Shown here piece by piece: positions 16,999 through 26,697 of a stretch of 64,000 bases of DNA. The first letter of the stretch is position 1. Each line of letters begins with the position of its first letter. The stretch comes from Patescibacteria group bacterium (lineage in GTDB: Bacteria; Patescibacteriota; Patescibacteriia; JBHPGJ01): the NCBI GenBank assembly GCA_042570545.1, contig JBHPGJ010000004.1:2223-66222 (forward strand), given 5' to 3'. The position numbers and the translations under genes are program-made. Under the pieces are notes generated by a model. The model was not told where the DNA came from, made no database searches, and saw only the letters and a list, made by a program, of their open reading frames with translations.

Positions 16999-19548
16999 TT
17001 ATTGTTCTACCCAATATAATATCTCCAGCGAGCTAACGTGTGGTTTGTTATCAATATTATCGGTCGACATCACTATTCGCCAACTTAGTTCATTACCGGT
17101 AGTGGTAAATTCATGTTTTTCATCATGAGATACTTCAAACCAATCGGCGCCGCGATTATTACTCAGATAATACTTGATCGAAGCCCCCTCGGGTACATTA
17201 TGATCAATTTTAACAGTCGCTGACAATACATTATTAGTCAGCTGAGGATTTAAGGTGAACTGTTCGGCAAATTGCTCTAATGGCACGCCCGCACGATCAG
17301 CCTGCATAATTAGCGTCTGGGAGCCGAGTAAGAAGTTGGGTGACGAATAGTGCATACCATATATGTCATGCGGTATGGCATATGACACATCAATAACATT
17401 ATCTTCCCTGTCTATGATATTAAGCTGCTGACCCTGCTTGCCGGATACAGCAATATTACCTTCCTCGCCAGTAATATCACCAACAGTAACACCATCAAAG
17501 CCCTTAAGGACGTTGGTCAATGGGGTTGCTTTCACCCGGTTATATTCTGCTAGCTGTAAGATGGGGTCATCGGTTTGCCAGGCAATCCACCAGAGTAGAT
17601 TATTTACCACAATTCCAGCTGGTTCTAGGTCCTTGTAAGCAATGAAGTGATCCGAAACATCCGTCAATGTTTTACCGTTATACTCTAGCATCGTACCCTT
17701 ACCGGCAAATAGCCACCGTTCACCATTATGACCTATCTCAGATATTAAGGTGCTGTCTGTTAGCAAGCTACTGCTAACCGTAGTCACCTGTCCAAATCTA
17801 TCGATCTTGCCAAACAGTGCTGGTACGTTGGTATTGTCACAGCCACTGGTAATAAACAATACAAAGTTTCCGGTCACATCATTGCCCCGACTTAGGTAAT
17901 AAGGGTAATCGCAAGCCCGGGGCGAGAAATCATGCAATATAGTTACACTGTTGCCACTATACTTTAACAATCGTTGCCGGTTGCTAATTATGTAATCAGT
18001 GCCGTTCCATTCAAAATCCACCTTATCGCCATTGGTTATAAAGTCGGGAAGTTTATCAGTGATATCGGTAAATTGCGTGCTGACTAAATCGTATTTTACT
18101 ACGCGGTGCACCCGGTCCCAGCGGCCAACGGCGATCAGACAATACCGGCCATTGCAGTCAATATTTGATATTTCCGTATGGCCGTCTTGGGGATAAAGCA
18201 ATAAATCACTGGATAAAATTTCGATTGGATAATCATGCAGTTCTAGTTTTCCGTCTTGTGAATTCCAGACAGCCCGGTCGTTACCGATTTGCCCACCACT
18301 CTTGAATTCCTGCAAATAACTGTAATGATCCTGTACGACCGTGCTGAATTCAAAAGTCGTTAAAATTTCTGCCTGAAGATCACTATTAGCACGCAGGGTC
18401 TGTTCTTCACACGAGGAAAAAGCTATCTGCAAGGTAAACATACCCCGAGGAGTATGAGTAGATACCCAACCACAGCCAGCATCGCCTTCAATATACTGCC
18501 AGCCTGGTTGATTGCCTACCTTAACGACCGTTGGTTCACTTACCGGGCCATAGACGCCAATCACGCTGCTGGCTTTTACCGGCCGATCAAAGATATTAAT
18601 ATTTATTGATCCGGTATCATTGGTAAAGCTGACCGTTTTGGCGGTGGCGTTTTCAGCTTGGGTAAATTCGGCTGGGTACTTGAAAGAAAAGCCAAACGTT
18701 TCATTGGTATGAGTTGGCCAGTCTTTGCTAACGTGATTATCCAGGGTGATATCACGAATAGTTTTTATTAGAGTTTTAAAATCATCAAGTTTTGCCAGTA
18801 CATCTTCATCATAATTCTCATTTATGATCTGTCCAACTGCATCACTGGCCTTGGTAACCAGATCCAGCCGCTGGGATTCGTTATCTGTTTCCCAAGTACC
18901 AAATTCATCACCCAATATATAGGTAGCCACAACATTACCGTAAGCACGGTGAGGTATGATGGCGCGGTAAATCAGCGCTGACTGACCGTTAAATTGACCA
19001 AGTTCATAAAATTCTACTGCCGTATGGGTATTGGTGCTTAATTTCTCTACTTTAAAAATATCATCAAAATCAGAATTTAAAATATTATATAATTCGTCTA
19101 CGCTTAGATTCAGATCCAGTGGTTTGGTATATTGGGTGTTGTGCCAAGTATTCTCAAGTCGGCCATAGTGATTATCCTGCTGACTCATCGCCAGATTATA
19201 ATCTCCGATAGTTAAAAATACAGATTCCCACTGATCTGACGGATCGGCGTCAGGATTTTCTACCACTCCAGAATAAGCCTCTTTTACCTCGGCTGAAGAT
19301 GGATGTTGAAATGTGGTATTCAGATCACTATTGGTATAGAGCTCCCAACTACTGTCAACCAGGGATGAGGTGTTGGTATTATTAACATTGGTCGTTACTA
19401 CGGCCGGTGTTGTCGCCGCCCGCTCATCAGCCTCGCCTTTATACCAAATCATTACACCCGCCATACTAAGAGCAATAACGCCGATAGTGATAGCGACCGC
19501 TATATGGATAAAGCCTTTTTTATTTTTCATCTTATTAATGTTACTCAA
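16999..19548 (-). CDS. large surface protein (849 aa), paralog family A (anchor KKGFIHIAVAI...)
   Basis: The N-terminal anchor has a pilin-like KG|F junction, followed by a Thr/Asn-rich linker and a large ectodomain. Confidence 0.55.
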   Translation of the reverse strand: MSNINKMKNKKGFIHIAVAITIGVIALSMAGVMIWYKGEADERAATTPAVVTTNVNNTNTSSLVDSSWELYTNSDLNTTFQHPSSAEVKEAYSGVVENPDADPSDQWESVFLTIGDYNLAMSQQDNHYGRLENTWHNTQYTKPLDLNLSVDELYNILNSDFDDIFKVEKLSTNTHTAVEFYELGQFNGQSALIYRAIIPHRAYGNVVATYILGDEFGTWETDNESQRLDLVTKASDAVGQIINENYDEDVLAKLDDFKTLIKTIRDITLDNHVSKDWPTHTNETFGFSFKYPAEFTQAENATAKTVSFTNDTGSININIFDRPVKASSVIGVYGPVSEPTVVKVGNQPGWQYIEGDAGCGWVSTHTPRGMFTLQIAFSSCEEQTLRANSDLQAEILTTFEFSTVVQDHYSYLQEFKSGGQIGNDRAVWNSQDGKLELHDYPIEILSSDLLLYPQDGHTEISNIDCNGRYCLIAVGRWDRVHRVVKYDLVSTQFTDITDKLPDFITNGDKVDFEWNGTDYIISNRQRLLKYSGNSVTILHDFSPRACDYPYYLSRGNDVTGNFVLFITSGCDNTNVPALFGKIDRFGQVTTVSSSLLTDSTLISEIGHNGERWLFAGKGTMLEYNGKTLTDVSDHFIAYKDLEPAGIVVNNLLWWIAWQTDDPILQLAEYNRVKATPLTNVLKGFDGVTVGDITGEEGNIAVSGKQGQQLNIIDREDNVIDVSYAIPHDIYGMHYSSPNFLLGSQTLIMQADRAGVPLEQFAEQFTLNPQLTNNVLSATVKIDHNVPEGASIKYYLSNNRGADWFEVSHDEKHEFTTTGNELSWRIVMSTDNIDNKPHVSSLEILYWVEQ

Positions 19549-20473
19549 TAAACCTAAAGCTATTGGTCATCTCAGGATCCAGCGGTTCAAAATCCTCGGT
19601 GGCAAATGAAGATGCCTGGCCCAAATCCCAGGTCACTGCTATATTACCATCGGGATAATACTTAACTACAAAGGCGTAGTTTAAAAAACAACCTGAATCC
19701 GGCCCACCTGAATTAATAGCTACGTCAAATACACCAGCTTGTAAATCAGATTCTGTCTGTGAATCAACGTTGCATACGCCAGTTCCAAAATTTGTATCCA
19801 CGAAATCATTTAACTCACTATCATTTGTCACCGTGGCGGTCTTAAAATGCCAAGTCTGAGGCGGATCACTGCTTAACCTTTCATAGCTGTTGTTAACCAG
19901 ATTACATTCGGAAAAATTATGCGTTCCGTCTGCCTCTTCAGTTTCGCCACTTAATTCGTATAGAGATTCTTGAGCAATAATTACTGAATCATCTCCCTCA
20001 AAAGTTTTTACCGGCAACATCCCACCGGTCGGCCGATAAGAATCTGTTTGCCACTCGCAGCCGGCATAGCCAAACCAGGCTTGCTTGGGAATGTTCAGAT
20101 AAAAGCCCAGGTCATTATTGGTATATCTATTCCACGTGTCATCAATGCTCTCGGTTGTGGAGCCGGTCAAAGTTACTGCCGTGTTGGTATTTACAGTAGT
20201 GTTGGTATCGGTCCTTGATATGTTTGTATTTACAGGCTGAGTATTCGCTGTCTCGGGTAAGCTATTAATATTTTCTTCTACTTGCTTCTGCTCATCAACA
20301 TTCTGCTGGTAGACGATAACTGCTGACAGTAACACTACTGTCACGCCGAGTATCAGGCCGATAGCTAATAGGTTGGTCAGTCCCTTTTGATTGGTCATAG
20401 ATTTTTTATTAATTATTTTAGGTAGCTTGGTTAATATTTTTATGGTACAGATGTATATGACTCTAAGATACAC
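19541..20473 (-). CDS. surface protein, paralog family B (anchor MTNQKGLTNLLAIGL...)
   Basis: 310 aa. The first ~54 aa are nearly identical to those of 21963..22643. A C-terminal ...NSFRFIE motif is shared with 20440..21936. Confidence 0.55.
   Translation of the reverse strand: MYLRVIYICTIKILTKLPKIINKKSMTNQKGLTNLLAIGLILGVTVVLLSAVIVYQQNVDEQKQVEENINSLPETANTQPVNTNISRTDTNTTVNTNTAVTLTGSTTESIDDTWNRYTNNDLGFYLNIPKQAWFGYAGCEWQTDSYRPTGGMLPVKTFEGDDSVIIAQESLYELSGETEEADGTHNFSECNLVNNSYERLSSDPPQTWHFKTATVTNDSELNDFVDTNFGTGVCNVDSQTESDLQAGVFDVAINSGGPDSGCFLNYAFVVKYYPDGNIAVTWDLGQASSFATEDFEPLDPEMTNSFRFIE
20312..20473 (-). repeat. direct repeat copy 1 (5' end of family-B surface gene)
   Basis: ctattaatattttcttctacttgcttctgctcatcaacatt...ggtcat matches 22485..22643 at roughly 85% nucleotide identity. 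Confidence 0.8.
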
Positions 20474-21936
20474 TTGAGAGTATCGCGCATAGGTTCATAA
20501 TCTGTATATAAAGTGGATTCGTCGGGTGTAGAGCCGTACTCTATGCTGGTACCGTCAGCTAAAGTTATATGATTGGTTTCGTTCTTATACATTAATGTAG
20601 TGCCGGCCAGTCCAGTTGCGGGGTCTTCTGATACATAAATATTACCCGTGCCAGTGTAGCTTGCACCATCGATGTTCAGCGCATCAGTTCGGGGTATTTG
20701 ATCGATAATAACGCCAACACCAGATCGCTGACAAATAACACCAGCTGCGTTATTTTCCGGTGCGCTTATGCTAACATAAGCCGCATTATTAATGTATATT
20801 TTTACACAAAGTTCGTTGCCATATACGGCAAACTTATCGGCAAATGTCATGCCGGCAGCTACTTCATCCGGGGACAGGCTGAAAGCATTCTCTTCAAGGA
20901 GGGTTATTGTAGATGTCGGCGGGTGCATTACTGAATAGTTATATGTGTTGTTGGTATAGGTTGACCAGCCGTCAGTGCAAGTGGCCACTTCATCAGCCGC
21001 AGTGTTGGTGTTTGTTGTTCCTGTTTCTTCATCATCCATTAAAAAACGGAAGCTGTTTACCATACTTTCGTCATACGAATAAAATCCGGCTTCGCTGGCG
21101 AAATCAGCCGGGTCAACTGCCCAAAAATATGGTTCCTGGCCCAGATTCCAACCCACTGCTTTCCCTAAACCAGGGTGGTAAAGTAATTGATAGACATAAT
21201 TTACCGGGCACTTTGTCTCGTCAAGGTCAAGTTCGTCACCTTCGATGGTAACGTCAAAAACTCCAGCCTGATGGTCCCAGGCCGTCTGACTGCCCAGCGA
21301 ACAACCTTCGCCCCATTTGGACTTAATAAAACTGTCCAGTTCCTCATCATTAGAAACATCGGCGAAATCCAATTTCCAACCATCCCAAAAATAACTTTCC
21401 TTCGTGACGTCCGCTAAATCTACGTTGATTCGTTGACAGCCGGCAAAGGTCATACTGCCATCGGGTAACTCAGTGCCCTCAGTTAATTCGAAATAATGGT
21501 CTCGCGTGATATAAAAGGTATTTGCGTCATCAAGATATAAAGATGACACCATACCTTCAGACAAGCTAAAATTCCCATGCCCATCATCGCCACAGCTTCC
21601 AGCGTAGACATAAAAGTACTGGGGTAGGCGTATTGAAAAACCATTACTTTCATCGGCATATAAGCCAAGGTCAGCCTCGCTTGGGCCGCCTTCAGGCACC
21701 GTCGTCCCCTCCAGTGTCTGGGTGTAAGTTTGTCCATTGGCTACACAGGTCCAGGGCGACTGTTCATCATTGACCGGATAACCGGCGGCAACGCACTTAT
21801 CAAATGTATTAATAGTATCAGCCGTAGGCAGTTTATTCGCTTCTGTTTTAAACCACAACATAGCACCGACGGCTCCAGCAGCGATAACAGCAATGAAGAT
21901 GACAGCAACAATGTGGGTAAAGGCTCTTTGGTTCAT
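20440..21936 (-). CDS. surface protein, chimeric paralog (family A anchor plus family B C-terminal domain)
   Basis: 498 aa. It carries the MNQRAFTHIVAVI anchor, a DKCVAAGYPV module shared with 55952..56554, and a QAGVFDV...NSFRFL domain shared with 19541..20473. Confidence 0.55.
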   Translation of the reverse strand: MNQRAFTHIVAVIFIAVIAAGAVGAMLWFKTEANKLPTADTINTFDKCVAAGYPVNDEQSPWTCVANGQTYTQTLEGTTVPEGGPSEADLGLYADESNGFSIRLPQYFYVYAGSCGDDGHGNFSLSEGMVSSLYLDDANTFYITRDHYFELTEGTELPDGSMTFAGCQRINVDLADVTKESYFWDGWKLDFADVSNDEELDSFIKSKWGEGCSLGSQTAWDHQAGVFDVTIEGDELDLDETKCPVNYVYQLLYHPGLGKAVGWNLGQEPYFWAVDPADFASEAGFYSYDESMVNSFRFLMDDEETGTTNTNTAADEVATCTDGWSTYTNNTYNYSVMHPPTSTITLLEENAFSLSPDEVAAGMTFADKFAVYGNELCVKIYINNAAYVSISAPENNAAGVICQRSGVGVIIDQIPRTDALNIDGASYTGTGNIYVSEDPATGLAGTTLMYKNETNHITLADGTSIEYGSTPDESTLYTDYEPMRDTLKCILESYTSVP

Positions 21937-21962
21937 AGTTTATTAGTTAGTGTTGAACATAA

Positions 21963-22643
21963 TCATCCAGCAAAGCTGAATGAGTTATAAAAATCCTCAA
22001 AATTAGGTTCAAGTAAAGCGGCGTTGCTGATTACATAAACACGATCAAGCAACTCGACAAAGACGAGTATATAATCACCAACGCTGCCATCAATCGATGA
22101 GCCGGTAGCTTTAAGCGCATCGGCGCCAGATATCTCAATATTATCTTTGGTAATAGTAAGCCCTTCTAATTTGTCTGCTATATGGGCATCAATGAATCCT
22201 TCGCTATTTTGGTATTCAATAATATTCCACTGATAATCAATATTACCTATATAAAAAGCAGTAGCATTTAATATCCCGTTTGCACCCACCTGTTCTTCAT
22301 TTACTGACCATCCAGATGGGTACTGAATAGCAAAATTATTTCCATTATGCGTCTGCCAGTCAGTATAAACATCAATATCCGGCAAATCAGTTACGCTGGT
22401 ATTGGTTAGCGAGGTGTTGGTTATGTCGGTGTTTACAACTACAGTTGTATCAGTATCGGCTGTTGAAGTATTTGCATTTGTGTGCTGACTATTTACTGTC
22501 TTGGGCAAACTATTAATATTCTCTTCTACTTGCTTCTGCTCATCAACATTCCGCTGGTAGACAATGACCACTGATAACAAAACCACCGTTACGCCTAGCA
22601 CCAGGCCAACGGCTAACAGATTGGCTAATCCTTTCTGGTTCAT
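21963..22643 (-). CDS. surface protein, paralog family B (anchor MNQKGLANLLAVGL...)
   Basis: 226 aa. Its 5' ~160 nt are about 85% identical to 20312..20473. Confidence 0.55.
   Translation of the reverse strand: MNQKGLANLLAVGLVLGVTVVLLSVVIVYQRNVDEQKQVEENINSLPKTVNSQHTNANTSTADTDTTVVVNTDITNTSLTNTSVTDLPDIDVYTDWQTHNGNNFAIQYPSGWSVNEEQVGANGILNATAFYIGNIDYQWNIIEYQNSEGFIDAHIADKLEGLTITKDNIEISGADALKATGSSIDGSVGDYILVFVELLDRVYVISNAALLEPNFEDFYNSFSFAG
22485..22643 (-). repeat. direct repeat copy 2 (5' end of family-B surface gene)
   Basis: Near-identical to 20312..20473. Most differences are synonymous or conservative. Confidence 0.8.
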
Positions 22644-22669
22644 GTTTTTTATACCTCCTGTTTATTTTT

Positions 22670-23437
22670 TTAGTTTGTGAATTGGAAAGTAGAGAGGATT
22701 TGTTCCCACAAGATAATATCACCAGTACCGAGTGTATCTTCGTAAAAAGTCATGACAAAAGCTTGCGTACCGTCATCTAAACAATATTCATTTGGATAAC
22801 TATAGATTTCGTCCGGTGTCCCATCTAGCTGGACCTTATTAACTAGCTTTACGCCTGGCAGGGAACCGATGGTAATGGAGCTTCGAGATATTTCCTCAAG
22901 TACAAACGGGGTAGACGCATAGTTATCAAAACATGACTGGCCCTCATTTAACCGCACTGGGCCAGGTGAAAACTCGGCTATCTTAACTGAGTTCTCATCA
23001 CTGAAAACTGAAGAGCCATTAAATGACCAAGTAGCCGGATATTTTAAACTAAAGTTAACCATTGGCAAGCCTCCTCCGGGATAGCTGTTCCAATCAGTTG
23101 TGGTAAAAGTTCCGTTATAATCGATATTAATCGATTCGTAAGTTTGCCAGTCGGCCAATTCATTCGTTGAGGTATTTGTATTTGTGGTCGTTATGGCCGT
23201 ATTAGTATTAAAGGTCAACGAGTTGGTATTACTGACTGTGGTATCTGTAGTATTGGTGTTAATCTCATTATCAGCCGAACGGGTCATATTGAACTCATTT
23301 ATCTCATCCAGAGCATGGATCAAGCGGTCGGTGCTGATTTTATTTAAAATTACCGTTGATAATACAAAAACGGTAAGTGATAAAATAAGCCCCTGCAAAA
23401 TCAGTATTGTCAGATAGGGCGTTTTTTTGTTGGCCAT
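22670..23437 (-). CDS. surface protein, first gene of the array (signal-anchor, coiled coil, Thr/Asn-rich linker)
   Basis: 255 aa. A 124-bp AT-rich putative promoter region lies upstream (23438..23561). Confidence 0.5.
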   Translation of the reverse strand: MANKKTPYLTILILQGLILSLTVFVLSTVILNKISTDRLIHALDEINEFNMTRSADNEINTNTTDTTVSNTNSLTFNTNTAITTTNTNTSTNELADWQTYESINIDYNGTFTTTDWNSYPGGGLPMVNFSLKYPATWSFNGSSVFSDENSVKIAEFSPGPVRLNEGQSCFDNYASTPFVLEEISRSSITIGSLPGVKLVNKVQLDGTPDEIYSYPNEYCLDDGTQAFVMTFYEDTLGTGDIILWEQILSTFQFTN

Positions 23438-23561
23438 ATTAAATATATTAATCTTCTTGTTGCTTTTTAAGCCATTTCCAGAATTTTATGACCTATATTT
23501 TACCATTAATCTCATCATAAATAAAATACATTGATAATATTTTACTATAATATTTATACAA

Positions 23562-24872
23562 TTATTTCTTCAGCCAGTCGCTACTTTGCCTTACTAATAA
23601 TTCCGGTGCGCGGAGCGGTTCGGCCATTATACGCTTCACCATTTTTTCCATACGGCTAATCTGTGATCCTTTAATTAATATTATATCGTCCTTATTAATT
23701 TGGTGCTGTAAATATTTACCGGCCTCAGTAGAATTGGTAAAGATTTTAATCTTGTCAGCCGCTAGACCGGCTTTTCTTGCCTCCTGTGAATATATACCGG
23801 CCAGCTCGCCTACCGCTAATAACATATCAGCTTTCTGGCCGACTTTTTTACCGACGAGTTTATGCCCCTCACCAGCATAGTCGCCTAATTCTGCCATATA
23901 ACCTAAGGCGGCAATTCGTCTTTTGGTTTTAGGAAAATTCCCTAATGTATCCAGAGCGGCCAGGGCTGCTTCGGGAGAAGAATTATAACTGTCGTCAATA
24001 ATGAAAGCATTATTAATTGCTGGTATTAATCGCATTCGGCCGGGTGGTGATACGTAATTTTCTAACCGGGCAGCTGTGTCCGGCAAGCTTAAACCATAAG
24101 CTATACCAATTGCTGTCGCGGCCAGGGCGGCATAAACTTGCTGTTTACCAATTACTCCAGGTAGAATAAAATCTTGTTTATTACCCTCATAATTGACTTG
24201 AAAGCTTGTTCCTTGCAGTTTTTCCTGCCGAATACTATCCGGCTGGGCGATAGCACTGCTTTGCAGTTTTAGTTTCTGTGCTTTGATTTCATTTATTTTA
24301 TCAAAACCGTAAGTGGTCAACTGCACATCAATTGGTGTTTTTAACTTGCTGATAGTTTTATCGTCACCATTGATCACGCCAAAGCCATCCTCGGGCAGGT
24401 TGGTTATTAGTTTCTTCTTTTCTTCTATTACCGCTTCCATGGTTTTAAAAAATTCTAAATGAACCGGCGTAATAGCGGTAATCACGCCTATGCGGATCGG
24501 TGCAATGCTAAGCAGATAGTCAATGTCACCGGTTTTTTCGGCGCCCATTTCCAACACTAATATCTTGGGATAGTCATGCGGCCAGACAGCTAGCCAACAA
24601 CCTTTGATAATCTCCTTTAGCCAACCAAAAATATTAGCCCCGTGCACTTGACCATCAATAATAGCTAAGGGTAGACCTAACTCATTGTTATAATTACCTA
24701 CACTCTGACGTATGTAAAAACGTTGGGCCAATACACAACTGATGGCTTCCTTGGTGGCTGTTTTACCGACCGTACCGGTGACGCCAATAACATCAGGTTG
24801 ATAACGCCTGACAATCCGCCGGGCAATTGAACCCAATATTTTTTCTAGTAGCTTCTGTAGCCGTTGCTTCAT
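23562..24872 (-). CDS. murF: UDP-N-acetylmuramoyl-tripeptide--D-alanyl-D-alanine ligase
   Basis: 436 aa with the Mur ligase P-loop GVTGTVGKT, the MurF-type GNYNNELGLPL motif and LEMGA. It belongs to the dcw cluster. Confidence 0.8.
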   Translation of the reverse strand: MKQRLQKLLEKILGSIARRIVRRYQPDVIGVTGTVGKTATKEAISCVLAQRFYIRQSVGNYNNELGLPLAIIDGQVHGANIFGWLKEIIKGCWLAVWPHDYPKILVLEMGAEKTGDIDYLLSIAPIRIGVITAITPVHLEFFKTMEAVIEEKKKLITNLPEDGFGVINGDDKTISKLKTPIDVQLTTYGFDKINEIKAQKLKLQSSAIAQPDSIRQEKLQGTSFQVNYEGNKQDFILPGVIGKQQVYAALAATAIGIAYGLSLPDTAARLENYVSPPGRMRLIPAINNAFIIDDSYNSSPEAALAALDTLGNFPKTKRRIAALGYMAELGDYAGEGHKLVGKKVGQKADMLLAVGELAGIYSQEARKAGLAADKIKIFTNSTEAGKYLQHQINKDDIILIKGSQISRMEKMVKRIMAEPLRAPELLVRQSSDWLKK

Positions 24873-24911
24873 AATGCCAGACTACCACTGCTGAAGATTT
24901 TTTTCAAAAAC

Positions 24912-26657
24912 CTATTCCACGGTTATTGATGGTGGAATATTCAAATAATTAACTAGCCAGGCAGCCATCTCACCAAACAATGGAGCGGCTGAACTCTCAG
25001 CGGCCTGTACATCACGCGGTACATCTATCTTGGCCAGCATGACAAACTGCGGATCGGTAGCCGGTGCGAAGCCGGCAAAAGAGCCAATTGTCCTATTTTC
25101 ATCATAACCAGCTCCGCTTTCCTTTGGTATTTGAGCGGTACCTGTCTTGCCAGCTACAAAGTAGCCTGGTACACCCGCTCTCTTACCGTGTCCATTCTGA
25201 ACAACGCTTACTAACATAGCTGATATCGTTCTGGCCGTGCTGGGTTGGATTACTTGACGGATCGATTGTGGCTCGGTCTTTATTACGGCGCCGTTTGGTT
25301 TGTGTATCTCATCAATTATGTATGGCTTCATTAATGTACCACCGTTAGCAATAGCTCCATAGGCGGTCACCAGCTGAAGCGGAGTAACTGTTATACCCTG
25401 GCCAAATGAAGCAGTAGAAGTGTATAAATCTCGATGTAGATTTAAGGTAGATATATCGCCCCCGTTTTCTGATTCTAATTCAATGTTAGTCTGCAGACCA
25501 AATCCATAAGCCTTGACATACTGCTCAAAGAGCACGTCGCCTACCTGGCGGGCGGCGAAAATTGCTCCCGTATTAATTGATTCTTCCAGCACCTGAGTCA
25601 TCGTCTGCTGGCCATAGACTTTATTTTCATAATTTTTAATCGTGTATCTACCTATTACTTCTTGTCCTTCGTCAACAAAGGTTGTCTGCGGTGTAACTAC
25701 TCCCAGGTCAATCGCCGCTGACATTGTGATCGGCTTGAAGACTGAACCAGGCTCGTAGGTATAGAAAGTGGACGGATTAAGAAATAAATTGATATTTTCC
25801 ACTTCATTATAATTATTTGGATCAAAATCGGGCGAGCCGCACATGGCCATTATGGCACCCGTTTTCGGATTTATTATTATCAGGCTACCGCCATCAGCGC
25901 CATGTCTTAGTACCGCCTCATTCAGTCGCTGACAAGCTTGATATTGAATATTTCGATCAATGGTTAGCACAACATCGTCCCCGTCCTGAGCTTCTTCGAT
26001 GCTGGTCGTACCAACGGTTATCCAATTGCCGCCGGCATCGCGCTCTATATTCAATTCACCGTACTTACCCGCCAGCTCTTCTTTGTAATAACCTTCAATA
26101 CCATATTGTCCAATTCGATTTTCACCATCGTTACCTAGAAAGCCTATAATATGTGAGCCGATGTTTTTCTCGGGATAATATCTATCGGGCTCAATCTGAA
26201 AATGAAGACCCTCTAACCCTAAATTTGAAATATATTCTTTGTATTCAGTGGTAAGGTTGTGGGCCACCGGTTCATAAATATCATCAACTTTTCTCAATCG
26301 ACTTAACACCGCTTCTGTATCAATGTCTAAAATCTGTTCCAATTGATCTACTACTTCATCCGGTTCGGTTATTTGCTTAGGATTAGCATATAACAGATAT
26401 GTATTTTCATTAAGGGCCATTGGAAATAACTTTTCACTATTATAATCCCGAGCATATACTTCACCCCTGATCGGCACTAATCGTTCATAAATACGGTGCT
26501 GATCGTCGGCCAGCGCAGCATAGACGCCATGCTCAATTATTTGTAAATTAAAAAGCCGGAACAAAATAAAACCAGCAAAAATTATCAACAATCCTCTTAA
26601 CAATGACAGTCGATCGATTTCACGCCGGCTTTTATTACGGCTTTTTCTCTTTACCAT
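24912..26657 (-). CDS. ftsI: peptidoglycan D,D-transpeptidase (PBP2/FtsI class)
   Basis: 581 aa with an N-terminal TM and the SVFK (SxxK), SIN (SxN) and KTGT motifs. It belongs to the dcw cluster. Confidence 0.88.
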   Translation of the reverse strand: MVKRKSRNKSRREIDRLSLLRGLLIIFAGFILFRLFNLQIIEHGVYAALADDQHRIYERLVPIRGEVYARDYNSEKLFPMALNENTYLLYANPKQITEPDEVVDQLEQILDIDTEAVLSRLRKVDDIYEPVAHNLTTEYKEYISNLGLEGLHFQIEPDRYYPEKNIGSHIIGFLGNDGENRIGQYGIEGYYKEELAGKYGELNIERDAGGNWITVGTTSIEEAQDGDDVVLTIDRNIQYQACQRLNEAVLRHGADGGSLIIINPKTGAIMAMCGSPDFDPNNYNEVENINLFLNPSTFYTYEPGSVFKPITMSAAIDLGVVTPQTTFVDEGQEVIGRYTIKNYENKVYGQQTMTQVLEESINTGAIFAARQVGDVLFEQYVKAYGFGLQTNIELESENGGDISTLNLHRDLYTSTASFGQGITVTPLQLVTAYGAIANGGTLMKPYIIDEIHKPNGAVIKTEPQSIRQVIQPSTARTISAMLVSVVQNGHGKRAGVPGYFVAGKTGTAQIPKESGAGYDENRTIGSFAGFAPATDPQFVMLAKIDVPRDVQAAESSAAPLFGEMAAWLVNYLNIPPSITVE

Positions 26658-26697
26658 AAAAAATTAGTAATACGATTTAACCATTATTAATAAACTA

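Noticed and set aside
14758-23437. Calling the array proteins bona fide type IV pilins
   Set aside because: The K-G/A|F junction is present but the conserved Glu+5 is absent and no pilus assembly genes are nearby. The pilin-like reading is kept as a hypothesis, not a call.
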